From NCBI GenBank assembly GCA_947478395.1, contig CANJVR010000006.1:32001-96000 (forward strand): a stretch of DNA of 64,000 nt, in the 5' to 3' direction. Origin of the DNA: Opitutia bacterium (GTDB lineage: Bacteria > Verrucomicrobiota > Verrucomicrobiia > Opitutales > Opitutaceae). Of the stretch, positions 19,566 through 30,122 are shown piece after piece (position 1 is the first letter of the stretch; each line of letters opens with the position of its first letter). The notes beneath the pieces are model-generated. The model had not been told where the DNA came from, did not search any database, and saw nothing but the letters and a program-made list of their open reading frames with translations. A program made the position numbers and the translations under genes.

Positions 19566-21632
19566 ATGCCCCGTTTCCGCCGGCCCACCCGCATTGGGAT
19601 TGTCCTGCTCGTGTTCGTCGCCTCCGCGCTCGCGCAAACTACCGCCGAGCCGCCAGCCGTTTCACTCGGGAAAATCGTCGTCACACCTAGCCGCTACGGC
19701 GTTTCGCACGAGCCCGCGACGGCCGGAGCCGCGCTCACCGCCGCCGATCTCGAAGGCCTGCCGCAGCTGGGCGAGGATTTGTACCGGACGATCGCGCGGC
19801 TCCCCGGACTCGCCGCCGACGACTTCACCGCGAAATTCTGGCTGCGCGGTGCGCCGAACGCCCAGGTTCTCGCGCGCTTCGACGGGGTCGACCTGATCGA
19901 GCCGTTTCATTTGAAGGATATCGATGGCGCGCTCTCGATCGTCGACCTCCAATCGATCAACCGGCTCGATCTCGTCACGGGCGGTTTCACCGCCGAGTAC
20001 GGCGACCGGCTCGCCGGCGTCCTCGCGATGGAAACCAAGGCCGGCGCCAACCTGCCCCAACGCACCTCGCTCGGCCTGAGTCTCACCGGCGTGCGCGCCG
20101 CGAGCCAGGGTGGGTTCGCCGACGACCGCGGTCACTGGCTCGTCAGCGCACGTCGCGGCTATCCCGATCTCGCGCTGAAAGTGCAGGGCCGCGACGACGA
20201 ACTCGATCCGCGCTACTATGATGTCAGCGCGAAGGTCGAATACGCGCCCAGCCTAAATCACACGTTCTCCCTGCACGCGCTCCACGCCGGCGACACCCTC
20301 ACGTTTCATAAAACCAACGATCCCGATTTAAAAAGCAGCTACGACAGCGACTACGCGTGGGGGCGTTGGCAGGGCCGGTTCGGTGAAAATCTATCCGGTG
20401 AAGCCGTCCTCGCTTACACTCACCTCGACTGGCACCGGCGCGGCCTCGGATTCTACGACCAACGCTTCGCGCTCGATCTCCGCGACGACCGCGACCTCGA
20501 GCTCCTGACGCTGCGCCAGGATTGGTCCCTCCTCCTCGCCGACACGGCTCTCGTCCGCGGCGGCCTCGACATGCAATCGGCGTCGGCCAGTTACCGCTAC
20601 GATCTTGAACGCGACGAATCCGTGGTCGCCGGAGGCGTGCAGTCCACCGTCCACCGCCGGCTCCACACGGCCCTCGCGCCGCGCCGCGACCCCGCCGGTG
20701 CCTACGCGGCGCTGCGCCTGCAGCCGCTGTCCGCACTCGTGGTGGAACCGAGCCTGCGTGTTGATCGCCGTGATGCCGCGGGTAACGCCGATATCAGCCC
20801 GCGCTTCAACGCCGTGCTTACGCTCGGCCGCACCACCTTTCGCGCGGCGTGGGGCGTCTACCGCCAGGCGCAAGGCCTGCATGAACTGGCCGTCGAGGAC
20901 GGCGACGCGAGCTTCCATCGCGCCGAGCAAGCCGAACACCGCGTCCTCGGACTTGAGCAACGACTGCCCGCGGGCCTGGCCCTGCGCGTGGAGGCCTACG
21001 AGCGTCGCTCGTCGCACCTTCGTCCGCATTGGGAAAACTTGGACAACGTGTACGATCTTTTCCCCGAGGTGCAATCCGATCGCACGCGGTTCGATCCGAG
21101 TGCCGGCACGGCGCGTGGCGTCGAGGTGTTGCTCCAGCAGCGCATCGGCCAGCGTTTCAACTGGAACGCCAGCTATGCGCTCGCGCGCGCCGAGGAGAAT
21201 GTCGCCGGCCGCGCCGTCCCCCGCGCACGCGACCAGCGGCATACATTCTACGCCGATGCCAGCTATGCTCCGTCGCCCGTCTGGCGTTTCAGCGCTGCGT
21301 GGCAATTTCACACCGGCTGGCCCACGACGCCCTTTAGCTACAGCCTGGTCACGCTCACCAACGGCCGCCGCGTTACCGTGCGTTCCGCTGGTCCCGCCTA
21401 CAGCGCACGCCTGCCCGATTACCACCGGCTCGACCTGCGCGCGACGCGACTTTGGAAACTCAAGCGCAGCGAAATCCGCGCGTACCTCGATGTCTTCAAC
21501 GCCTACGACCACGTCAACTCGTACGGCAACATCCGGGACGTCACCGTGCAGGGCACCCAGCTCACCGTCAGCCCACGCTCACGCGAGCTGCTGCCGTTTC
21601 TCCCCAGCGTCGGCGCCACGTGGGATTTCTGA
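19566..21632 (+). CDS. TonB-dependent receptor
   Basis: Signal peptide, IVVT TonB-box-like segment, plug GGFTAEYGDRLAGV, YHRLDLR, C-terminal WDF. Confidence 0.88.
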   Translation: MPRFRRPTRIGIVLLVFVASALAQTTAEPPAVSLGKIVVTPSRYGVSHEPATAGAALTAADLEGLPQLGEDLYRTIARLPGLAADDFTAKFWLRGAPNAQVLARFDGVDLIEPFHLKDIDGALSIVDLQSINRLDLVTGGFTAEYGDRLAGVLAMETKAGANLPQRTSLGLSLTGVRAASQGGFADDRGHWLVSARRGYPDLALKVQGRDDELDPRYYDVSAKVEYAPSLNHTFSLHALHAGDTLTFHKTNDPDLKSSYDSDYAWGRWQGRFGENLSGEAVLAYTHLDWHRRGLGFYDQRFALDLRDDRDLELLTLRQDWSLLLADTALVRGGLDMQSASASYRYDLERDESVVAGGVQSTVHRRLHTALAPRRDPAGAYAALRLQPLSALVVEPSLRVDRRDAAGNADISPRFNAVLTLGRTTFRAAWGVYRQAQGLHELAVEDGDASFHRAEQAEHRVLGLEQRLPAGLALRVEAYERRSSHLRPHWENLDNVYDLFPEVQSDRTRFDPSAGTARGVEVLLQQRIGQRFNWNASYALARAEENVAGRAVPRARDQRHTFYADASYAPSPVWRFSAAWQFHTGWPTTPFSYSLVTLTNGRRVTVRSAGPAYSARLPDYHRLDLRATRLWKLKRSEIRAYLDVFNAYDHVNSYGNIRDVTVQGTQLTVSPRSRELLPFLPSVGATWDF

Positions 21633-21887
21633 AATAACCATTAAGCCGGAAAAATGAATGCGACATCCCTCGGCGAAGAATCGGTCAAGAGATGGCGCGG
21701 GCTGGCCCCAGCACGCTTGGCCGGACGAGCGCAAAAAACAGCTACGCGTTAGCCCCGCTCGAATCCGGCCACCGCTAGCCGAGGCTCGCCACCAACCACT
21801 CCGCCGGCGACCACGGCTCCAGTCCCAAACTCCGGAAAAAACCGGGGTGCATCGCTGCTTTTTTCGCCACGTTGGCGTGTGAACGGG

Positions 21888-24128
21888 CTAAGCCAAGTTC
21901 ACCGGATCGACGTCCAAGACTTGCGTTAAATCATCTGGCCAGGCGAATCCGTCGCGCAGCTGGGAGAGTTCCCCGATGATCTTCGTAACGCCTTCGACAA
22001 AGTACCAGAGCTGCCAGCGGTACTCGTCTTTTATTTTCTCAATCGGACACGGCGCCGGTCCCCGCAACTCGACGCGAGTGCCGAAGGTCTTCTCCACGAG
22101 CTTCGCCCACTGCTCGGCGAAGAATTTCAACTTCTCCGGATTCGGGCCGCGGAAGAGATGATGAATGAGATGGCGATAAGGCGGGTAGTGAAAATCCCGC
22201 CGCAGTTTCAACTCCGCCGCCGCAAAGCCCGCGAAGTCAGCGTGCCGCGAAAACTGGATCGCCTCCGCCTGCGGCGTGAACGTCTGCACGATCACCTCCC
22301 CGGCCCGATCGCCGCGGCCGGCGCGTCCCGCCACTTGCACGAGCAGCTGGAACGTGCGCTCGTTCGCCCGGAAATCCGGAATGTGCATGGAGATGTCGGC
22401 GTCGATCAAGCCGACGAGCGTCACATTGGGGAAATCGAGACCTTTGCCGATCATTTGCGTGCCGATCAGGATGTCGATTTTACCGATCCGAAAATCGCTC
22501 AGGATTTCCCGGAAACGATTTTTCTTCGTCATCGTGTCGGTGTCCATGCGCTCGATCCGTGCCCGCGGCACCACGCGGCGCACCGCCTCCTCGACCCGCT
22601 GCGTGCCGAGTCCCCGCCAGCGAATCTCGGGTGCGCCGCACGCGGGACAACGCACCGGCGCCGCCCGCTGGGCGGCGCACAAATGACAGCGGAGCGTTTC
22701 ATCGCTCCGGTGATAGGTCATCGTAATCGAACAATGCACGCACTCCTCGGAGTGGCCGCATTTCGTGCACAGCATCGACGAAGAATAGCCGCGGCGGTTA
22801 ATGAAAAGGATGGCCTGCTCGCGTCGTTCGAGGCGCGCGTGCATCGCATCGACGAGTTTCCGCGAGAGCGTGGTCAAACCGCGCTGACGCATGACTTCGA
22901 TTTTCATGTCGACGACGTCGATGTGCGGCAGCTTCCGATCGTCGACGCGCTGCTTGAGTTCGAGCAGCTGGTAACGGCCCGCCTGAGCATTCACGAAACT
23001 CTCGAGCGACGGCGTGGCCGAACCGAGCAGGCACAACGCACCATTCAATTTCGCCCGCATCACCGCCACGTCGCGTCCGTGATAGCGCGGTGTTTCGTCC
23101 TGCTTGTAAGCCGGCTCGTGCTCTTCATCGACCACGATCAATTTCAGGTTTTGCACCGGCGCAAAAATCGCGGAGCGGGCGCCGACGACCACGCGTGCCT
23201 CACCGGTCGCCAACGCGAGCCAGCCGTCGAGCCGCTCGCCTTCGCTCAGGTGGCTGTGCCAGACGACGCACTTGTGATCGGGCGCAATCGCTTCGAGTCG
23301 CGACCGTAACCGGGCCACGGTCTGCGGCGTGAGCGCGACCTCGGGCACGAGGAAGACCACGCCACCGCCGGACTTCAGCGCGGTATCGATCGCCCGCAGA
23401 TAAACCTCGGTTTTGCCCGAACCCGTGACGCCGTGCAGCAGCGACACGCCGAATTTTCCGCCGGCCAGTTGCGCGGTGATGGCCGTGACGACGCTCTGCT
23501 GCTCGGGATTGAGTTTATGAGGTTGCGAGGCGACCAATTCGCCGTGGGTGGCCGCACTTTCAGGGTAAGCAATGCGCTCGACGCGCTCAGCGGTCTCAAG
23601 GACCACGCCCCGTTTCACGAGCGCCGTTGCGACGGCCGCGGTGATATCGAGCCGGGAAAGCACCAATGATTTTTTCTGCGGCCGGAATTGTTGCGCGAGG
23701 AATTCGTAGAGTCGCGCCTGCTGCGGCGCGCGTTTCGTGAGCACGGCGAGGTCCGCTTCGTTCAATCGCTGGATGACGGAAAGCAGTTTCTCCTGTTTGA
23801 GGCTCGCGCCGTTTCTCACCGCCGCGGGAATCATGGTCTCGATGATGCTGTCGAGTCCGCAGGCGTAATACCCGGCCATCCAGCGCGCGAGCCCGAGCAA
23901 GTCGGGCGGCAGCGCGGGAAACGGATGCAGGACCTGCGCAACTGCCTTCAAGCGATCGAGGGGAAAATCCTTCGGCGCGCCAATCTCGCCGATGACGCCG
24001 AGGCACAACGTGCGACCGAGCGGCACGCGGACGAGCGATCCCACGCCTGCATCCGCGCGCAGCGACTCCGGCACTTTATAGTGCAGGAGTTTGTCGAAGC
24101 CCGCGAGGGGGTGAACGCCTACGATCAT
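21888..24128 (-). CDS. priA: Primosomal protein N'
   Basis: GVTGSGKTEVY, DEEH, four CxxC pairs, QVAGRAGR. Confidence 0.96.
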   Translation of the reverse strand: MIVGVHPLAGFDKLLHYKVPESLRADAGVGSLVRVPLGRTLCLGVIGEIGAPKDFPLDRLKAVAQVLHPFPALPPDLLGLARWMAGYYACGLDSIIETMIPAAVRNGASLKQEKLLSVIQRLNEADLAVLTKRAPQQARLYEFLAQQFRPQKKSLVLSRLDITAAVATALVKRGVVLETAERVERIAYPESAATHGELVASQPHKLNPEQQSVVTAITAQLAGGKFGVSLLHGVTGSGKTEVYLRAIDTALKSGGGVVFLVPEVALTPQTVARLRSRLEAIAPDHKCVVWHSHLSEGERLDGWLALATGEARVVVGARSAIFAPVQNLKLIVVDEEHEPAYKQDETPRYHGRDVAVMRAKLNGALCLLGSATPSLESFVNAQAGRYQLLELKQRVDDRKLPHIDVVDMKIEVMRQRGLTTLSRKLVDAMHARLERREQAILFINRRGYSSSMLCTKCGHSEECVHCSITMTYHRSDETLRCHLCAAQRAAPVRCPACGAPEIRWRGLGTQRVEEAVRRVVPRARIERMDTDTMTKKNRFREILSDFRIGKIDILIGTQMIGKGLDFPNVTLVGLIDADISMHIPDFRANERTFQLLVQVAGRAGRGDRAGEVIVQTFTPQAEAIQFSRHADFAGFAAAELKLRRDFHYPPYRHLIHHLFRGPNPEKLKFFAEQWAKLVEKTFGTRVELRGPAPCPIEKIKDEYRWQLWYFVEGVTKIIGELSQLRDGFAWPDDLTQVLDVDPVNLA

Positions 24129-24272
24129 CAAGCGCCACACTGGAAGGCGCGGCGGCCCGCCGGCAATCCCGGCGTTGTAGTAGCGCAAAAGCTTTAGCCC
24201 GCGTTCCGGGATCGAATGGTTTGCTTTCGGAACGCGAGGTGAAGCGGATTAAGCTTTTCACGGCCTTTTTGG

Positions 24273-24340
24273 GTAGCGGCGGGCGTCCCTGCCTGCCGTT
24301 CAGCGTCCCCGTTTCGGCAGGCAGGGACGCCTGCCGCTAC
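24273..24340. repeat. REP doublet, family A
   Basis: GTAGCGGCGGGCGTCCCTGCCTGCCG ... CGGCAGGCAGGGACGCCTGCCGCTAC. Confidence 0.85.
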
Positions 24341-24394
24341 GGCACTGCGGATACGCTTTTGGTTAAACCGCTCTAAAGCACCGAGCTGCCTCGC

Positions 24395-25111
24395 TCACCG
24401 AAACTCAGCCCAGCTCCCGATCGCTCGCACCCCGGCGGGCGTGGGCGCCACGCGCAGCCGGGTTTTCCCCCGGTGAAAATGGATGACCTGCATGCCAAGC
24501 GCCCGGGGCGTTTCGACGTCGAGATCGATGCGATCCCCAATGAAAATCACCCGCCCCGCGTCGGAGCGGGTGAGCCCGGCTTGCTGCAACGCTTCGTCGA
24601 AAATCGCGGTATGCGGTTTCCGGAATCCGAAACGCGCGCTGTCGACCACGAAACGGAAATGTTCCCGCAGGCCGAATCGCGCTAGAAAACGTTCGGGAGC
24701 GTCGGGCAGGAAAAAATTGGAAACCACGCCGATAGGTTTGCGCGCCGACCAATGGGCCAGCATCGCCGCTACGTCGGGCGTGGGCCGCAACAAGCGATCG
24801 TACTCTTCCGCCCAAATACGGGTCATCGCGGTCACCAAGCGCGCCTGCTCAGCCGCGTCCGGCGAAACTTTCGTGCTCACCGCAATGGTCCGTTGCAGGC
24901 GCTCCGTTAAAACCATTTCGCGACCCTGCGCGTAGGCCTCGCCGCGGCAGCCCTGATAAGCGGCCACGAATTCCTCGCGCGTGGCAAAGAGGCCGTGGTC
25001 CACCGCGAAAGCGGGTAACGAACAAAGACCGTGCTCCTCCCCCGCTTCATCGAAGTCGTCGATCAGCGTGTTGAAGCAGTCGAAAAAAATCCAATCGAAG
25101 GTCTCCGCCAT
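24395..25111 (-). CDS. HAD-superfamily hydrolase
   Basis: FFDCFNTL, VVSN, RKP, IGDRIDLD. Confidence 0.85.
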   Translation of the reverse strand: MAETFDWIFFDCFNTLIDDFDEAGEEHGLCSLPAFAVDHGLFATREEFVAAYQGCRGEAYAQGREMVLTERLQRTIAVSTKVSPDAAEQARLVTAMTRIWAEEYDRLLRPTPDVAAMLAHWSARKPIGVVSNFFLPDAPERFLARFGLREHFRFVVDSARFGFRKPHTAIFDEALQQAGLTRSDAGRVIFIGDRIDLDVETPRALGMQVIHFHRGKTRLRVAPTPAGVRAIGSWAEFR

Positions 25112-25247
25112 ACAATTTCAGCGGTGCAAAATCAGGCGCGAAGACCCAAAGGGCGCAAAGATTCGACAAGGCGGACGATAACGCGGGGTTTCTCTAAATT
25201 ACGCACTTCTTTGCCCCTTTGTTTTTAATGCCGAAACCAGGCGCGGT

Positions 25248-25622
25248 TTAACTAGCCGGCTTCAGTTGCGCGAGCAGCGCCACGAATTCGGGGTGGGCTT
25301 TTAGCGGTTCAAGATCGGGATCCTGCTCCATCCATTCGAAATCGCGGTAGCCGAGTGTCACCGCCTGCCGCAGCGTCCGCAAGGCATCGGCTTTGCGCCG
25401 GCTCAAGACAAGGCTGCACGCCAGATTGTAATGCGCAGTGGCGTTGGCCGGCTGAAGTCGCACGAGCTTGCGGTCCATTTTCAGTCCGTCAGCCACCCGG
25501 CCGTGTTTCGTGTAGAGCCCGCCTAAAATTTCCACCACCTCGGCATAATCGGGATCACGGCGCAGGACGTCCTCGAAGAACTTGATCTCGAACGAAGGGT
25601 CGGAGCCTTTTGCTTTGGGCAT
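25248..25622 (-). CDS. TPR-like protein
   Basis: LGGLYT..G, AHYNLACS, DPDLEPL pattern. Confidence 0.8.
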   Translation of the reverse strand: MPKAKGSDPSFEIKFFEDVLRRDPDYAEVVEILGGLYTKHGRVADGLKMDRKLVRLQPANATAHYNLACSLVLSRRKADALRTLRQAVTLGYRDFEWMEQDPDLEPLKAHPEFVALLAQLKPAS

Positions 25623-25636
25623 CGTTGCAGCGAAAA

Positions 25637-26101
25637 CTAACTGCGGCGCGGGCACGATCCGGTGGCCCGAAACGAGTCACAGTGGGCCGTGACTTGCAGC
25701 CGTTGCGACACCGGCGTGAGGCCCAACTTGGACGAAACAGTGCTGCCGTACCACTCCATGAAAGGAGCTCCGATCTCGAAAATCTTGTCGCAGTCGAGAC
25801 AGACAACCTGGGCGACCTGCGAGGTCGAGCTGCCGGCGTTGGGGCGGTAAAATTTTTCGCCGGAGCCGATATCGACTTCGCGCAACAGCGCGCTCTCGGT
25901 CATGATCGGCAGGGTGCGATAAACGGTAGCCCGGGAAACGGAATCATCAATCGCACGCGCAAAATCGAGCAGCTGCTCCGCGGTGAAATGTTCCGTTTGC
26001 GAATACGCCGCATCGAAAATGGCGAGGCGTTGCTTGGTGTCGCGCAGGCCTTTCGTAGTGAGAAAAAGACGGAATCGTTCGCGCGCGACGGGGATGCTCA
26101 C
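25637..26101 (-). CDS. Fur-family transcriptional regulator with atypical metal site
   Basis: [30 protein letters not shown] start inferred. Confidence 0.88.
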   Translation of the reverse strand: MSIPVARERFRLFLTTKGLRDTKQRLAIFDAAYSQTEHFTAEQLLDFARAIDDSVSRATVYRTLPIMTESALLREVDIGSGEKFYRPNAGSSTSQVAQVVCLDCDKIFEIGAPFMEWYGSTVSSKLGLTPVSQRLQVTAHCDSFRATGSCPRRS

Positions 26102-26153
26102 GGGCTGAACTTCGTGAATTCGACGCACGCCTGTCAACTCCGCCGAAGGCTCT

Positions 26154-26216
26154 TTGGGAGCGCGGCCGCCCCCGGCCGCTACCCGACAACGCGGCCGAGG
26201 GCGGCCGCGCTCCCAA
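26154..26216. repeat. REP doublet, family B (GGGAGCGCGGCCGCCCCCGGCCGC ... GCGGCCGAGGGCGGCCGCGCTCCC)
   Basis: Near-identical arms at 58499-58559. Confidence 0.85.
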
Positions 26217-26272
26217 GCGGGTTGAGGGTACCCCGCCTACAATTTTTCATCCCGCGATTCGCGGCGCTGCCC

Positions 26273-27307
26273 TCATTTCACCCCGAAGACCAGCTGCAGC
26301 ATCGTCTCAAGATCCTTCCCTACGCTCCACGCCCCGCGCCGGGCCACGGCGATGCTTTTCGAACGTTGGGCTTTGAGCAACGCGGCGTCGGCATCGACGA
26401 TCGCCGGTTGCAACGGGCCCAGCCCGGCGACATCAGCGGCGGTCAGCGGCGTCCAGGAAAACGGCAAGCCGGTCCAGCTGCATTTGATCTCCCAGCCCGC
26501 CACCAGCCCAAACGGCACCTCGCGAGTCATCAAAGCCGGATACCGCGTGATAAAATCCGGCGCTCGAAGCGTCGCGACGCGCACGCGAACCACCGGCTTC
26601 AGCTGCGCTAGGTACTCGGCGACGTTGTTCACGCGCTTCGCCTTCCACTGATCCAGAAAATCGAGCGGATCGAATCCCATCAAATTCATGCCGTTCCACG
26701 GACCGTGATCATTCGCGCTGCCGAATTTGCGCCGGTCGTACCACGTCTGAAAATCGCGCGTCATCATCAGGCCGATTTCAAAATGTAGATGCGCCCGGTC
26801 CTTCGGAATGCTGTACCCGCCGGAACTGTGGCCCATCGTTGCGATGACCTGCCCGCGCGTCACGCGTTCTCCCGCCCGAATTCCCGGCGCGATGCGGGCC
26901 AGGTGCGCGTAAAGGGTGTAGACCGCGGGAGTCGAGTCGGGGTGTTCGAGCACGATGTACCGCCCGTAATTGCTGTCGCCCGCCGAGCTACTGACGTGCC
27001 GCACGATGCCATTCATCGCCGCGAAAATATCGTCCATGGGTTCGCCCTGCCGGTCCCGTTTCACCGGCGCGATGTCGATGCCTTCGTGAAATTGCGCGCC
27101 GCTGCTGCGCACACCACCAAAACCGCCCGACGCAGGATCGCCCGAACCGGCATGCTGCAAGAATACGGCGGCAGGTTTGCCGTCCGCCCAAGCCGGATTC
27201 GGTGTCGGCCAGGCGATTTCGAGCCGCTCGGCTGCAGCCGCATGCGAAATAGCGAGCCCCGTGAATGCGGCGAATGCGAAGAACCGAGCCACAGATTTCA
27301 TCGTCAT
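26273..27307 (-). CDS. M23-family metallopeptidase, secreted
   Basis: HEGID (HxxxD), YAHL, HLHFEI. Confidence 0.88.
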   Translation of the reverse strand: MTMKSVARFFAFAAFTGLAISHAAAAERLEIAWPTPNPAWADGKPAAVFLQHAGSGDPASGGFGGVRSSGAQFHEGIDIAPVKRDRQGEPMDDIFAAMNGIVRHVSSSAGDSNYGRYIVLEHPDSTPAVYTLYAHLARIAPGIRAGERVTRGQVIATMGHSSGGYSIPKDRAHLHFEIGLMMTRDFQTWYDRRKFGSANDHGPWNGMNLMGFDPLDFLDQWKAKRVNNVAEYLAQLKPVVRVRVATLRAPDFITRYPALMTREVPFGLVAGWEIKCSWTGLPFSWTPLTAADVAGLGPLQPAIVDADAALLKAQRSKSIAVARRGAWSVGKDLETMLQLVFGVK

Positions 27308-27804
27308 TTTTTTGCCTGCTCCCGTTGGATTTCAGCCGAGGTTTTTTTCAAATCGTGCACCAGCCGTGGCAGTTCCGGGTCGGGCACCTCGGCAAAAATA
27401 AAAATCGTCCCGTCCGCCATCGCACCATCGATGCGCCGGGCGCCGAGCGGCCGGTCGTTCACCGTGAGCACCAGGCGCCGGCCCTGATTGGCCACACTCA
27501 ACCGATAAAGATCGCGAGCCGCGGCCGGCGTAACCTGCAACATCAGACACGGCCCGAGCTCCACCCGCGCTTCATCGGCATTGATGAAGTCCGCCTCGGT
27601 GAAAACAGCTTTGGACCCAATTGAAATCGTCGTACCGCTCTTGGGCAGCACCACCGCAGGGCCGCTGTTGTCCGGCGATTCGATGTAGAGCCGCGCCGCA
27701 GCCAGGGAAAAATCGCGCGCTACCGCGGGCGATTTACAGCCGGCCAATCCAAGGACGCCGACGCTGAACAGCAGTGCGCACCAAAAAATGCATTTCGAGA
27801 ACAT
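27304..27804 (-). CDS. Lipoprotein resembling the SecD/SecF periplasmic head subdomain
   Basis: LAG-C lipobox; LSVANQGRRLVLTVNDRPLGARRIDG pattern; ATGA overlap with the M23 gene. Confidence 0.65.
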   Translation of the reverse strand: MFSKCIFWCALLFSVGVLGLAGCKSPAVARDFSLAAARLYIESPDNSGPAVVLPKSGTTISIGSKAVFTEADFINADEARVELGPCLMLQVTPAAARDLYRLSVANQGRRLVLTVNDRPLGARRIDGAMADGTIFIFAEVPDPELPRLVHDLKKTSAEIQREQAKK

Positions 27805-27813
27805 CGGGCTGAC

Positions 27814-27905
27814 GGTCGAGCGCGCTATCCCTACCGCGCCGCTGAAATTCAGCTCACCTCGCGAGCGGCGCCAAACCGGCGCGTTGCGGATAACGCGCCC
27901 TCCCC
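27814..27905. repeat. REP doublet, family C
   Basis: Degenerate left arm GGTCGAGCGCGCTATCCCTACCGCGCCG; right arm CGGCGCGTTGCGGATAACGCGCCCTCCCC. Confidence 0.7.
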
Positions 27906-27929
27906 TTTCGAGACGCGCATCACGTTCCC

Positions 27930-29117
27930 TCATACGGAAACCGTCTCCGACTCGAACGCCGCCATGATTTCAGCGCCGACCGTATCGGCCAGCAAACGTC
28001 CGCGGTTCGTCAACCGAATCACCGTGCCATCGCGCTCCGCCAATCCTTCGATCGCGAGGCGATCGAGCAGCGCCTCCACATCCGTCCACGGCGCGGCGGG
28101 CGCGCGCCCGCGCCACGTTGCGAGATCGACGCCTGCGTTCATGCGCAAACCAAACACGAGCGCGTCCTCGGCGAGCAGCGCCGGCGTCAGTGCCACCCGA
28201 TCCTCGGTCAGCCGCTCGCCGCGCGCCACCTGCGCCCGCCATTGCGTGAGGTCGGCGACGTTCGCCCCTCGCCAGCCCGCGTGCTGCGAAGCCGCGGATG
28301 GACCGAGGCCGATCCATTCGTGCATGTGCCAGGTATTTAAATTGTGCCGACAAGCGTGGCCGGGGCGGGCGAAGTTCGACACTTCATATTGCCCATAGCC
28401 GAGCTCCGCTAGCTGCGCCCACGTCGACTCGTAAAGCTGGGCTTCGCGCTCGGCGTCCAGTTTCACTTTGCCCTGCGAAAGCTTCACCCAAAGCGCGGTG
28501 TCTTCCTCAAACGTGAGGCAATAGGTCGAAAGATGATCCGGCGCGAGCGCCACGGCCGCCTGAATGTCTTCGCGCCACGTCGCTTCGTCCTGACCGGGCA
28601 GCGCGAACATCAAATCGAGGTTAACGCTCGGAAAATTCGCGGCGCGAATGCGTTCGTGGGCGCGGTAAATCTGTTCGCGCGTGTGCTGCCGCCCCAGGCC
28701 CTCGAGCAGCGTCGGAGAAAAACTTTGTACGCCGAGCGAAATACGCGTGACGCCGATGGCCTTGAACGCGGCGAGACGCTCGGTCGTCACCGATGCCGGC
28801 GCGAGCTCCACGGTCCACTCCTGCGGTTCGCCCGTAAATCGCGCGCGAACCGTGGCACCCAGCCGCTCGATTTGCGCCGGCGCGAGCAGGCCGGGCGTCC
28901 CGCCGCCCCAGAAAACCGTCGTAACCGGTCGCGGCCACTCGACGAGTCTGGCCTCTTCCGCGATCCCATCAAGGAACCCGCCCACGCCTTCTGCGGTCGG
29001 CGTGGTCTGATAGAACGCGCAGAAATCGCAGGTCGAAGCGCAGAACGGCACATGCACATACAGGCCGAGCGGCGGTGCGGCCGAAGCTTTGGCTTGCTCT
29101 GTGTTAAAGCCGCTCAT
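27930..29117 (-). CDS. hemW: Radical SAM heme chaperone (HemN-like)
   Basis: LYVHVPFCASTCDFC, GGGTP, YEVSNF, HN. Confidence 0.9.
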   Translation of the reverse strand: MSGFNTEQAKASAAPPLGLYVHVPFCASTCDFCAFYQTTPTAEGVGGFLDGIAEEARLVEWPRPVTTVFWGGGTPGLLAPAQIERLGATVRARFTGEPQEWTVELAPASVTTERLAAFKAIGVTRISLGVQSFSPTLLEGLGRQHTREQIYRAHERIRAANFPSVNLDLMFALPGQDEATWREDIQAAVALAPDHLSTYCLTFEEDTALWVKLSQGKVKLDAEREAQLYESTWAQLAELGYGQYEVSNFARPGHACRHNLNTWHMHEWIGLGPSAASQHAGWRGANVADLTQWRAQVARGERLTEDRVALTPALLAEDALVFGLRMNAGVDLATWRGRAPAAPWTDVEALLDRLAIEGLAERDGTVIRLTNRGRLLADTVGAEIMAAFESETVSV

Positions 29118-29161
29118 TACTAACCTTTTTTATTCCGTCGGTTTTTCACTCTCAAAACCCA

Positions 29162-30085
29162 ATGCACACCAACCGAATTTCTCCCGCGAGAAAAATCATC
29201 CTCTGGCTCGCCGCCGCGCTCTCCCTCGCCCTGTTCGCAGGCTGCGATAGCGTCGTATTGACGAACCTGACCTCGCCCTCGCTCCCGGAGAATCCGTCGC
29301 AGATCTACACGTTTACCCTGCGTGTGACGCCCAAAGCCTCGAGCGTGACGATCGCCAGTATCGCGCCGCACATCGTGATCGATGGCCAAAATTTCCCGAT
29401 GAAGAAAAGCGCGCTGGGGGAAAATCTATTCGAATTCGAATTCCAGCTGCCCTCCGCCCGCGACGAGGTCGCCTACTACTATCTCGTGAATTTCCAGTAC
29501 GACAACAATGGCGCGACCGCCTCGGGTGAAGCCTACACCGAAGTCGTCCACGCGAAGATCGTCCGTCGCTATGTGCTGTCGCTTGAGGTGAACCGCGGTC
29601 CCGTCGGCGCGCGCATCAGCGTGCTTGGCCGCGGCTTCACGCCCCAAGACACGATTTATTTCGAGAACCTGCCCACGCGCACGGTTTACGAGTCACCAAA
29701 TGCCCTCAGCTTTTTCGTACCCGCCCTCGAAGCTGGCAAAAATTATCGCGTGCAGCTCGGGAGCTCGGCGGGCAATTCGCCCGTCGGCACATTCCGCATC
29801 GACACGAGCACGCTCACCGCGAGCCCGGCCGCGCTGATGCTGCGCACGGGCGAACGCCAGACGGTGGTTTTCACGGTGCCCAACGCCGCGCCTCCCGGCG
29901 GATTGCTCCTCGACGCGACCACCGATGTTCCCGAGAGCGTGATCATGCCCGAGATCGTGGTGCCCGCGGGACAAATGTCGGCGAACATCACGGTCGAAGG
30001 CGGTAAAGCCGGCCGCGGCAATCTGTATTTCAAGGGCTACGGCGCCGGTGAAGTCTCTATTCCAGTAACGGTAACGGCGAAGTAA
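29162..30085 (+). CDS. Lipoprotein with IPT/TIG- or Ig-like domains
   Basis: FAG-C lipobox; RGPVGARISVLGRGF TIG-like motif. Confidence 0.75.
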   Translation: MHTNRISPARKIILWLAAALSLALFAGCDSVVLTNLTSPSLPENPSQIYTFTLRVTPKASSVTIASIAPHIVIDGQNFPMKKSALGENLFEFEFQLPSARDEVAYYYLVNFQYDNNGATASGEAYTEVVHAKIVRRYVLSLEVNRGPVGARISVLGRGFTPQDTIYFENLPTRTVYESPNALSFFVPALEAGKNYRVQLGSSAGNSPVGTFRIDTSTLTASPAALMLRTGERQTVVFTVPNAAPPGGLLLDATTDVPESVIMPEIVVPAGQMSANITVEGGKAGRGNLYFKGYGAGEVSIPVTVTAK

Positions 30086-30122
30086 CCGGGACGAGGTTCG
30101 ATCTGCAGCTTCGGCCATGGAT

